64,000 bases of DNA, taken from assembly GCA_003171335.1 (NCBI GenBank), contig PMYD01000085.1:6739-70738 (forward strand), in the 5' to 3' direction. This document shows, in pieces, positions 18,365 to 26,863 of the stretch. The position numbers and the translations under genes were made by a program. The notes beneath the pieces were generated by a model. That model ran no database searches and was not told the origin of the DNA. It was given only the letters and a program-made list of their open reading frames with translations. This DNA is from Phycisphaerales bacterium (GTDB taxonomy: Bacteria > Planctomycetota > Phycisphaerae > SM23-33 > FEN-1343). Numbering within the stretch: the stretch's first letter is position 1; each line of letters begins with the position of its first letter.

Positions 18365-19024
18365 ATGCTCACGTCATCGCTGTTTCGTGTCCGACGCACT
18401 TCAGCCAGGCTCGTGTTGGCCGCTTCGCTAGCCGCAGTAGCCTTGGTCGGCTGTCCCGCGGTTCAAGCTGCCCCGTCTGTTCACTTCGACAAGACCAGCT
18501 ACAACGTAACGCCCGGCGGAACGCTGGCCGTCCAGGTGCTGCTCGACATGGATCCCGCTCAGGCAGGCGATCAACCTGTCGCGGGGGGATTGCTCAGCAT
18601 GGGCGTGAAGATCACTTTTGACGGCGGCAAGGCCAACGTCTCTGACGTGTCAAACATCGTCCTTCCTGTATCTCTTCAAGACGACGGGGCTGGCGGCCCC
18701 CCACTCAAAGAGGTCGCTATAGGCTCGGCCAGGGCCTTCGGGTCGCAGAACATCTTCACAACAACCGAGGGCTACGCCAGCACTCTATTGGCGACTTTCA
18801 ACGTCTCGGACCTTGGGCCCCAGGGCGACTCATACACGTTGACCCTCGCCCGCTACTCCAGCTCCCCGACGTTTTCGAACTTCGTTGACTGGGCCGGCAA
18901 CGCCTTTGACTCTCAGCTTTCGTTCGGCTCTGCCACGGTGAACGTGGTCCCCGAGCCGGTTTCCCTGGTTCTGTTCGGGATTGGCGGCCTCTTGCTCGCG
19001 CGGCGGCGCGTGCGGGTGATCTGA
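18365..19024 (+). CDS. PEP-CTERM sorting-domain secreted protein
   Basis: N-terminal signal MLTSSLFRVRRTSARLVLAASLAAVALVGCPAVQA with GGAGG upstream. The C-terminus is VPEPVSLVLFGIGGLLLARRRVRVI (PEP motif, TM helix, basic tail). Confidence 0.85.
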   Translation: MLTSSLFRVRRTSARLVLAASLAAVALVGCPAVQAAPSVHFDKTSYNVTPGGTLAVQVLLDMDPAQAGDQPVAGGLLSMGVKITFDGGKANVSDVSNIVLPVSLQDDGAGGPPLKEVAIGSARAFGSQNIFTTTEGYASTLLATFNVSDLGPQGDSYTLTLARYSSSPTFSNFVDWAGNAFDSQLSFGSATVNVVPEPVSLVLFGIGGLLLARRRVRVI

Positions 19025-19193
19025 ACTTCACAGAGATGGACATTGGGCAAAGCCGAAATGATGACGCGCTCTCAGTGAGGGCCGGCATCGTTTTGTCTGT
19101 CCGTACAGTCAAGGTTGTGTGAGCGTGGCTTAGGGATACGGTCAGCGACTCGTAAAGCATGAGGCAGAAGAACGCCGGCAAGGAGAAAGGCAG

Positions 19194-22100
19194 ATGAAAC
19201 GCGATAAGCGTGTTGGGCTTCAGCCACTTCTGGAGCATCTCGAACGTCGACTCCTGCTCAGCACAGTAACCGTCAATCCACTGGCCGACGCCTTTGTCTC
19301 CAACGCGACCCCTGATACCAATTGGGGCCTCCAACAAACACTTGCCGTGCAGCGCCCGGATTCTTCTCACATACAGTTCGCGTACCTCAAGTTCGATCTC
19401 AGCGCAATTCCTGTCGGCAGTACCATAAACAGCGCGTTCCTCCATCTTGACACCGTTGGCGTGAACCCACCGGCAGCCTCAAACCTGATCGAACTGACCA
19501 ACCTTATGTCCGGTTGGACCGAGTACACGGTCACATGGAACAGCAGGCCCGATATGGGCGGCACACGCTATGGCCTGGCGCGGGTCGATCAGGCCGGATG
19601 GGGTGATTCGTCTTGGGGCACGGACCTTGGCTACCCTCTTGCTACGCTTATAAAGAATTGGATAGACGCCCCCGGTACAAACTACGGGTTCGCTCTGCGG
19701 GCCGTCGATGATGGTGTACCTGGCGTTCAGTTCGCATCTCGCGAGGCCGCTCCGGCCACATGGCCTTACCTAACCATCGACTATAGCGCACCCGTCCCGC
19801 CAACGGCTCCGGTATTGACCGGTATACAAGTAAACGGGCAGAGCGTCACCGATGGAAGTACAATCGACGTGACTCTCGATATCTCCCAGGGCCAGTCCTT
19901 TGTCCTTCGCGCCGATGCCAAGAATAACGGGGCCCTTTCGCCGGCGCCGTATAACAATATCACCTTCAGTGTCGGCCAATTCACGAGCGCCTCAGACAAG
20001 GCTAACGTGTGGTGGGACACCGGCAGTTCTGACCTGAACTACAACGAGTTCTTCGGCAGCGAGAATGCGGGCGGGCCGGACGGCTATTACGATTATGTCC
20101 TGGTAGAATCGGCGGACACCGACGGGTGGAACAACGCCGAATCTAACAGTATGCAGATCAGGGTGCAACCGAAGGCTTACACGACCTACGATATCTACGT
20201 GCGGACGGCGGCGAGCAATCAGTCCAACTGGAACACTGCGAACATCACCTATAACCCTACAACTGGCGACCTTGACTGCACAAGCCTCCATGCCAAGCAC
20301 ATTAGGGTAAATGTATTGCCTGCAAATAACACCCTGAATCCACCGTTTTCGGGTGCCATTGCTGAGCCGCTCGTGGTGCCCTACTCTGGCAATTGGGGGT
20401 TGGGTGTTGTGCGATCCGACCCCGTCATCTCAGCTTCAGCGGGCATGGTGACCCAGCACATTTTCACGTTCGACAGCTTCGCGGGGATTTTCGGTATCAC
20501 TGACTTGAGCGGGTTCGCCGGAACCATTCGGGTACCGGCCTCGGGCAACTACAGGTTCACCTTCAACACGAGCTCCACAGGCTCGGCATACAAGGGCGGT
20601 ACTGCCGTTGTCGGCTATGGCGGGTCAGCGTTTGGCATTGATCTAATGGCTAGTATTGACGAGGTCTCCTACAACACGATTCCACTTTATCACACCGACC
20701 TAAGCGTCGGAGCCTTCATCACAGATGTTATACTGTTTAACAGTATCAAAGCAATCACAGCTGTGCTGACCGCTGACTCCGTTGACGCGGCCGCCGCTAT
20801 CGTCACAGCGACGGATGCAGCCAGGAACAACGGTTTAGCACCATTCATCACATGGAATGGCGAGACGCACGGGATCGTGCTTCAGGGGTATCTGGAGGCA
20901 AATCGCGATTACGTGTGGAGGGTCTACCCACGGTCCGCTGTCTGCTCCTCGGCTTGGGGCGTTGCAGAACAGTTCGGGATGCTCGATCTCAGCCTCAGCC
21001 TGACGAGCATTTCAGTGTCGTCTGTGGGTGCTCCAGCAAACACCGTGCCAGCCACGCCTATGCCGGTGACGCCGCAAAACGGGGCGTCTTTCAATACACT
21101 GACGCCGACGTTTGAGGTGACGCCATTCGCTCATGGAGGTGATGGTAACTCTGAGTCAGGATACGAGGTTAGGGTCCGGGACGACAACGACCGCATCGTG
21201 TACGACACCGGTTTCATCCCTGGAGGCGCGGACTCACACACCTATACGCCAGGGGCCTATGCTGGCTACGATCCTATCGCTGGGGTCGACCGCTACAGCG
21301 AGCCGCTCGTGCAAGGGAATGGCTACCATTGGCACTTCCGTTACCGAGACACGAGCGGCGATTGGAGTGGATGGAGCGGGGATGTTGCTGGATATCATCA
21401 GCAGTTCTATGTAAACACGCCCCCCCGGATCGAGACCTTTAGTCGCAATGTCGCGCGAAATGGGAGCCTTCTCTTTAGTAGAACGGATTTCGAGGCTGCC
21501 TTTGATGATCCTGATGCATGGAGTGTTCTTGAGACGGTCAAAGTGACTGCAACGCCTGCACATGGTCAGCTTCTGCTGAATGCCGTTCCCGTAGTGGTTG
21601 GGCAGGAGGTCGTGGCGGACGATCTGGGAAGCTTGGTCTACATTCCCAATCCGGGATACACGGGGCCGGACTTTGTTGCATGGAATGGTTCTGACGGCTT
21701 GGCCTACGCCTCGGCGGATCAACTTGTCAATATTGCCGTCATAGGCAATTCACCGCCGATCATGGATGACCAGAGCTTCACGGTTGCAGAGAATAGCGCG
21801 AATGGCACGCTGGTGGGGACGGTGGTGGCCAGCGATCCCGATGCCGGCCAGAGCCTTAGCTTCGCCATCACGGGCGGCGACACGGGCGGGGTTTTCAGCA
21901 TCAACAACGCGGGGCAGCTAAGGGTTGCGAATGTCGGCGCCTTGAACTTCGAGACCACGCCCAGTTATGCCCTGAGCGTCCTGGTAACGGACAGCGGCTC
22001 GCCGCCGCGATCGGACACCGCCACGATCACGGTCAATTTGGTCAACGTTGCCGAGCAAGCGCCCGTCATCATCGCCGTTTCCGATGACACCGGATCGTCG

Positions 22101-23888
22101 GGCGACGGCATCACCAGCGACCGCACGCTGTTTATAAGCGGCACCTCCGAACCGGGCATGAATATCATCGTCTATCGCAACGGCTCGCAGGCTGGCAGTA
22201 CGGCCTCCAACGGGTCGGGGGTGTGGACGTTCGACTACACGGGGACAAGCTTGAGCGACGGACAGTACGCCTTCACGGCCGTCGCCAAGGACACGCTGAA
22301 CAACACTGGCCCCACATCGGAGCCTTACAACGTCGTGGAGGACGGCACAGCTCCGACTGTCAGAGGCGTCATTAACGATGATAATCCCCAGCGGTCGCGC
22401 GTCCCACGAATCGGCATTATCCTCGACGAACCCGCCGGCGCGGCCCCGACCAAGACCGCTCTCTCTTTGTTGAACCTGAGCACGGGGACGCCCGTCAGCT
22501 TGACGAACGTCGGGTTCAACTATGCCGGAGGCACGCGAATCGCAACGTGGGACTTCTCTGCCTTGGCGAACGGCACACTCCCAGACGGCAATTACCGCGC
22601 GACGATAGCAACAAGCGGGATTACGGATGTGGCTGGCAACGGCGTTGGCGGCGGCGACTACAGTTTTGACTTCTTCCGTTACTTTGGGGATGTCGATGGC
22701 GACCGCGATGTGGACCCAGTGGACCTGTTCAAGTTCAAGAAGGCCTACCTCACGGACTCCTCCAGCCCGCTGTACGACAGCCGGTTCGACTCCGAGGGTG
22801 ATGGCGATGTGGACCCGGTGGACCTGTTCAAGTTCAAGCAGAACTACCTCAACACCCTCGACGCGCCGTTCCAGTTCGTTGTGACGGGCACGCCCGTGAC
22901 CGTGCCGGAAGGCGGCACGGCGGGATTCGCTGTTGCCCTGTCGGGAGCGCCCTCGGCCCCGATCACTGTAACGGTGGCGCGGACGAGCGGTGACACCGAC
23001 CTCACGGTATCCGGCGGCGCATCGTTGGTCTTCAACAGCACCAACTGGAACCAGCCGCAAACCGTGACCCTTGCCGCGGCCGAGGACGCCGACACGATCA
23101 ACGGGACAGCGCAGTTCACCCTGACCGCCCCGAACGTGTTTTCGCGGACGGTGACGGCGAACGAGCAGGACAACGACCCTTCGACTGGCATTTTTTTAGT
23201 GCGGGACGATTTCAGTGGTGCTGCCAATGCCCCCTTGGACAGCAACCTCTGGCAGGTCTTCACCAACACCGCCAGCGAGGGCGTGCAAAGTGGAAGCGTG
23301 TATCAGACCGGCGATGGGTGGGCGCACGTCGCTGTCCCGGCTGAGCAGTGCACCGGGACTGGATTCTTCACTGCCCAAACAATCCCGAACGTTGGGAACT
23401 ACCATATTGAGGGACGGATGACGTTTACCCCTCAACACAATAATGCCGATAACATTTTCATCCTCATCCGCAGTGCGGATAACTCCCAGCGGTGTAGCAC
23501 CAATTATATGAACTATACTGGGCCGCAGATTCGGTTCAACATTCACCTGACTCACCAGCCAATGCAGGACGGCTTCACGAGCGTCTACGTTACGACCGTC
23601 AATAACGTAGGAAGCCAGTATCCGCCCACGAGCACAAGTAATGACATCTCATGGTCTGGGACAGATACCGTTGTCTTATCAATCGACTATAGCGCTGACA
23701 CAGGTCTCACAACGTTTATCCTCTATAGCTCGGACAAGAGCCGCATTCTAACGCAGCTCACAACAACTATTGCGGCGCAGACACTTCTGGACATTGGCAA
23801 TAGCTTTCGCGTCGAAATGGGCATGGATGGGTACAACTCTGCCGATCACTACTGGGATTATGTTGAGGTGAGGAGGGTGACCACATAA
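19194..23888 (+). CDS. Giant secreted multidomain protein (1564 aa): DNRLRE/CBM96-like domain, cadherin-like domain, Ig-like domain, dockerin-like repeats, ConA-like C-terminus
   Basis: N-terminus LLEHLERRLLLST. YLKFDLSAIPVGSTINSAFLHL...WTEYTVTWNSRP is DNRLRE-type. NSPPIMDDQSFTVAENSANGTLVGTVVASDPDAGQSLSFAI...VLVTDSGSPPRSDTATITVNLVNV is cadherin-like. GDVDGDRDVDPVDLFKFKKAY / GDGDVDPVDLFKFKQNY is a dockerin-like pair. AAGGAG lies upstream of the ATG. Confidence 0.85.
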   Translation: MKRDKRVGLQPLLEHLERRLLLSTVTVNPLADAFVSNATPDTNWGLQQTLAVQRPDSSHIQFAYLKFDLSAIPVGSTINSAFLHLDTVGVNPPAASNLIELTNLMSGWTEYTVTWNSRPDMGGTRYGLARVDQAGWGDSSWGTDLGYPLATLIKNWIDAPGTNYGFALRAVDDGVPGVQFASREAAPATWPYLTIDYSAPVPPTAPVLTGIQVNGQSVTDGSTIDVTLDISQGQSFVLRADAKNNGALSPAPYNNITFSVGQFTSASDKANVWWDTGSSDLNYNEFFGSENAGGPDGYYDYVLVESADTDGWNNAESNSMQIRVQPKAYTTYDIYVRTAASNQSNWNTANITYNPTTGDLDCTSLHAKHIRVNVLPANNTLNPPFSGAIAEPLVVPYSGNWGLGVVRSDPVISASAGMVTQHIFTFDSFAGIFGITDLSGFAGTIRVPASGNYRFTFNTSSTGSAYKGGTAVVGYGGSAFGIDLMASIDEVSYNTIPLYHTDLSVGAFITDVILFNSIKAITAVLTADSVDAAAAIVTATDAARNNGLAPFITWNGETHGIVLQGYLEANRDYVWRVYPRSAVCSSAWGVAEQFGMLDLSLSLTSISVSSVGAPANTVPATPMPVTPQNGASFNTLTPTFEVTPFAHGGDGNSESGYEVRVRDDNDRIVYDTGFIPGGADSHTYTPGAYAGYDPIAGVDRYSEPLVQGNGYHWHFRYRDTSGDWSGWSGDVAGYHQQFYVNTPPRIETFSRNVARNGSLLFSRTDFEAAFDDPDAWSVLETVKVTATPAHGQLLLNAVPVVVGQEVVADDLGSLVYIPNPGYTGPDFVAWNGSDGLAYASADQLVNIAVIGNSPPIMDDQSFTVAENSANGTLVGTVVASDPDAGQSLSFAITGGDTGGVFSINNAGQLRVANVGALNFETTPSYALSVLVTDSGSPPRSDTATITVNLVNVAEQAPVIIAVSDDTGSSGDGITSDRTLFISGTSEPGMNIIVYRNGSQAGSTASNGSGVWTFDYTGTSLSDGQYAFTAVAKDTLNNTGPTSEPYNVVEDGTAPTVRGVINDDNPQRSRVPRIGIILDEPAGAAPTKTALSLLNLSTGTPVSLTNVGFNYAGGTRIATWDFSALANGTLPDGNYRATIATSGITDVAGNGVGGGDYSFDFFRYFGDVDGDRDVDPVDLFKFKKAYLTDSSSPLYDSRFDSEGDGDVDPVDLFKFKQNYLNTLDAPFQFVVTGTPVTVPEGGTAGFAVALSGAPSAPITVTVARTSGDTDLTVSGGASLVFNSTNWNQPQTVTLAAAEDADTINGTAQFTLTAPNVFSRTVTANEQDNDPSTGIFLVRDDFSGAANAPLDSNLWQVFTNTASEGVQSGSVYQTGDGWAHVAVPAEQCTGTGFFTAQTIPNVGNYHIEGRMTFTPQHNNADNIFILIRSADNSQRCSTNYMNYTGPQIRFNIHLTHQPMQDGFTSVYVTTVNNVGSQYPPTSTSNDISWSGTDTVVLSIDYSADTGLTTFILYSSDKSRILTQLTTTIAAQTLLDIGNSFRVEMGMDGYNSADHYWDYVEVRRVTT

Positions 23889-24052
23889 GGCAATCCTCCT
23901 GCGCCGCATCTGCCGTTCCCTGATGCCCATTGTTTGTCATTAGCAAATCCCCGACATCCAAATGCCTGACCAACAGAGGCTGCTCTTGTAGCAATATCAC
24001 AGAGTGCCTGGTACCTACGGATGCGACCATAAAGTCATATCGCAGTGAAGTC

Positions 24053-24234
24053 GGCCAACCTGGGGCCAACCTAGGCCAACCTAGGCCAACCTGGGCCAGC
24101 CTGGGGCCAACCTGGGGACAACCTGGGGGACAACCTGGGGACACCATACTGGTTTCCGCTTGACGCAGCGGTCCGAGGCCAACCTGGGCCAACCTGGGGA
24201 CACCATACTGGTTTCCGCTTGACGCAGCGGTCCG
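24053..24234. repeat. Tandem GGCCAACCTGG decamers followed by two copies of the GGGGACACCATACTGGTTTCCGCTTGACGCAGCGGTCCG unit
   Basis: About eight 10-11-bp units, then a 38-bp unit at about 24136-24175, repeated at about 24197-24234. The unit contains hairpin ccgct-tgacgc-agcgg and shares its core with 9379..9495. Confidence 0.85.
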
Positions 24235-24338
24235 CCGTGTGCTGCGCGGGTGGCAGCTATCATTCCCTGTGGCCGTCGTCGTGAGTTTCGCCGGCGGCGG
24301 CGGCTTGAAGAAAGGAAGGGCGCGGCGTGTGATGGAAG

Positions 24339-25667
24339 GTGCGTATGCGGCCGGCAGTGTTGTTGCGCATGGGCCTGGTAATTTCGGGGGCCCTGGCGGC
24401 CCTTGTCGTTAGCTCCGCGCCAATTCAGGGGCAGCCCACGTCGGATGCCGGCGATGGTTTGGTGGTGGCGTATTTCTACTCGCCCACATGTCTTGAGTGC
24501 CAGCGCGCATCGGCGGCGATAGAGGCGGCCCAGACCCGGTTCGGCCAGCGGATACAGGTGCGGCGGCACGACATTTCCGAGCTGAATGGTCTGGAGCAGA
24601 TGCTGGCATACGAGGAAAGGTATGGCGTCAAGGGGGGCGTGCCGCCGCAGGTATTCGTTGCGGGGCAGTGCCTGCGTGGCGCCGATGCCATCCTGACCCG
24701 CCTGGAGATGACGATCCAGCAGGAATTGGACCGTTCACGCTCCCCTGGCGGCCCGGGCCCAGCGGCAGTCCCTCCGGCAGCCGCATCGGCTTCGGCGGCC
24801 GGGCGGGAGGAGAAGCTAACCGCCGCGCCTAGGGCGGCGGCAGAAAAAGAGATGGATGCATCCGCCAGACCATCGGTCGCCGCGGAGGTTGACCCCGCCC
24901 CCGCGGCTGTCTCGCCGATGGCGGATGTCAGCCGGGTGCGCGGGAGCTTCCAGTCGCTGCAGATCGGAACTATCGCCGTGGCCGGCCTGGCCGATGGCAT
25001 CAATCCATGCGCCTTCACCACGATCGTGTTCCTGCTGTCGGCCATGGCCTATCTGGGCAAGACCCGTCGGCAGGTGGCGGCGGTGGGTGTGAGTTTTACG
25101 GCTGCGGTGTTCGTAACGTACCTGCTGCTGGGCATCGGCCTGATGGCCGCAATCAAGCATTTCGCCGTGCGCAGCGGGGTGTCGGAGGCGATCACCTACG
25201 TCGTGGCGGCCGCGGCCTTGCTTCTGGCCGGGTGGAGCTTTGTTGACGGGGTGCGGTCGCTGCGATCGGGCAAGGCGCCCCGAGCGGCGCTGGGGCTGCC
25301 CCGCTGGGTCAAAGCGGCCATCCACTGGGTGATCCGGGTCGGGCTGCGAACCCGCTACCTGGTGCTTGGCTCGCTGGTGGTGGGGTTTGGGGTCTCGCTG
25401 CTGGAATCGTTCTGCACTGGGCAGATGTACGTGCCGACGATCCTGGTGATGGTGCGCGCTGGAGGACCTGGCCAAGCGAAGGCCCTGGGGCTCCTGGTGT
25501 TCTACAACATCATGTTCATCCTGCCGCTGGCGGGGATCATGATCGCGGCGTATTGCGGTGTGGGGTCCCAGCGTCTGGGCCAGATCCTCAAGAATCACCT
25601 GCCGGCCTTCAAGTTTGCGATGGCGGCGTTGTTCGCGGGGCTGGCGGTGGTGCTGCTGTTGCAGTAG
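24339..25667 (+). CDS. Thioredoxin-fold (CxxC) domain fused to a DsbD/CcdA-like thiol-disulfide transporter membrane domain
   Basis: VVAYFYSPTCLECQRA (CxxC), an Ala/Pro-rich linker, then 6-8 TM segments with GINPCAFTTIVFLLS and ESFCTGQMYVPT (paired membrane Cys motifs). Confidence 0.7.
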   Translation: MRMRPAVLLRMGLVISGALAALVVSSAPIQGQPTSDAGDGLVVAYFYSPTCLECQRASAAIEAAQTRFGQRIQVRRHDISELNGLEQMLAYEERYGVKGGVPPQVFVAGQCLRGADAILTRLEMTIQQELDRSRSPGGPGPAAVPPAAASASAAGREEKLTAAPRAAAEKEMDASARPSVAAEVDPAPAAVSPMADVSRVRGSFQSLQIGTIAVAGLADGINPCAFTTIVFLLSAMAYLGKTRRQVAAVGVSFTAAVFVTYLLLGIGLMAAIKHFAVRSGVSEAITYVVAAAALLLAGWSFVDGVRSLRSGKAPRAALGLPRWVKAAIHWVIRVGLRTRYLVLGSLVVGFGVSLLESFCTGQMYVPTILVMVRAGGPGQAKALGLLVFYNIMFILPLAGIMIAAYCGVGSQRLGQILKNHLPAFKFAMAALFAGLAVVLLLQ

Positions 25668-25671
25668 GGGC

Positions 25672-26142
25672 CTATTGCCGCGCCACGCAGCGGATGCCCA
25701 GGTGGATGAGCTTGCGGTCGGGCGCATCGGTCAAGACGAGCAACTCGGTTTTAAAGTCAGCCGCCGCATCGGGGGCGGCAAAGATCGCTTCGATGCGCCC
25801 GGCACCGCCGGCGGAGATCTCTTCGGGGCTGCTGCGCACCGTGGTGCACTCACAGGCGCTCTGCACCCGCACCAGTTTGAGCGGCCGGTCCGAGTGATTC
25901 ACGATCTCGAAGATCACGGTATGCGTGCTGCCCGGGGCAACGCGGCCCAGGTCGCAGTCTCCCCGGTCGCCAGTCACCTGAACCAAGGGCTCCGCCGCGG
26001 TGGCCGTTGCGGGCGTGGCCACCCGGGCTCCATCCGTTTGGCAGGCCGCGCAAAAACAAAGCAGCAACCCGGCCAGCATGCCCGTGGGCAATGCCGTCCA
26101 CAAGGTGGGCGGGGAAGCGATGCGCCGGATGCCGGTGTGCAT
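25672..26142 (-). CDS. DUF1573 domain lipoprotein
   Basis: LLLCFCAACQ lipobox. CDLGRVAPGSTHTVIFEIVNHSDRPLKLVRVQSACECT is the DUF1573 pattern. Confidence 0.75.
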   Translation of the reverse strand: MHTGIRRIASPPTLWTALPTGMLAGLLLCFCAACQTDGARVATPATATAAEPLVQVTGDRGDCDLGRVAPGSTHTVIFEIVNHSDRPLKLVRVQSACECTTVRSSPEEISAGGAGRIEAIFAAPDAAADFKTELLVLTDAPDRKLIHLGIRCVARQ

Positions 26143-26253
26143 TTCAAGACTCCAACAATTCGCAGGACCGCGGCGGCCCCGGCAGGGCGACCGTCATCGT
26201 AGTATATGCACCCGCACAGCCTGAAATGTCCCCTCCAGCCCAAGCTTCCAATC

Positions 26254-26854
26254 TTACTCCGTCGACTCCCCACGCGCCACCCGCCGGACCCGCTCCAGCT
26301 CAATTCGGGCAAGCAGCAAGGCGCTCTCCAGGAATCGCGTGTGATGTCTGGCCACGTAGGCCTGGCGGCTTTGCATGTAGGAGGTGCCGCCGCAATGGCC
26401 CACCGGCATGCCGCGCCAGATCTTCGTCTTGAGACCCTGCCAGGCGCGCTGGAGCATGGGCGGAATGCGATCATCCCGCAGCCACCCTTTCCACCAGGCC
26501 CGCCCATACACGATCATTGATGATCCACGTGATGCACGAGTCCTGCCGGCTGTAGGCGGGTGGAGCGTCGATGACATTTCGCCACAGGCCCTGTTCATCC
26601 TGGAAATTCAGCAGGCCTTCCAGCTCCTCCGCCAGCATGCGGCACAGCGCCGGGCGGGCGGGGTGCGAGGCGGGCAGATCCTCCAGGAGGCCGCGGATGC
26701 CGTACAACATCCAGCCATTGCCGCGGCCCCAGGGGGCCGATTCAAGATCGGGACCCTCGGGATGACCCAGGTGGTGCCAGAGGTTTGTGTCACGGTTGAA
26801 GCACCACCGATCAGTTCGGGGCGTTCTTCTTTCATGAGTGGGTCTCCATCTCAT
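26254..26854 (-). pseudogene. Truncated and frameshifted GH88/GH105-type unsaturated glycuronyl/rhamnogalacturonyl hydrolase remnant
   Basis: ORF 26471..26854 carries APWGRGNGWMLYG...DEQGLWRNVIDAPPAY. The continuation (GSSMIVYGRAWWKGWL...MLQRAWQGL...PVGHCGGTSY) is in another frame (ORF 26254..26598). The N-terminal ~half of the family is missing, because the neighbouring gene stops at 26864. Confidence 0.6.
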
Positions 26855-26863
26855 CTGGGTCCG

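Noticed and set aside
9495-24053. Genomic island bounded by the shared GGGGACACCATACT cores, read as att-like sites.
   Set aside because: The interval contains core housekeeping genes (pilD, hisH, hisA, rho, glucokinase, tRNA-Glu) with host-like composition. The cores are therefore a dispersed repeat, not island boundaries.
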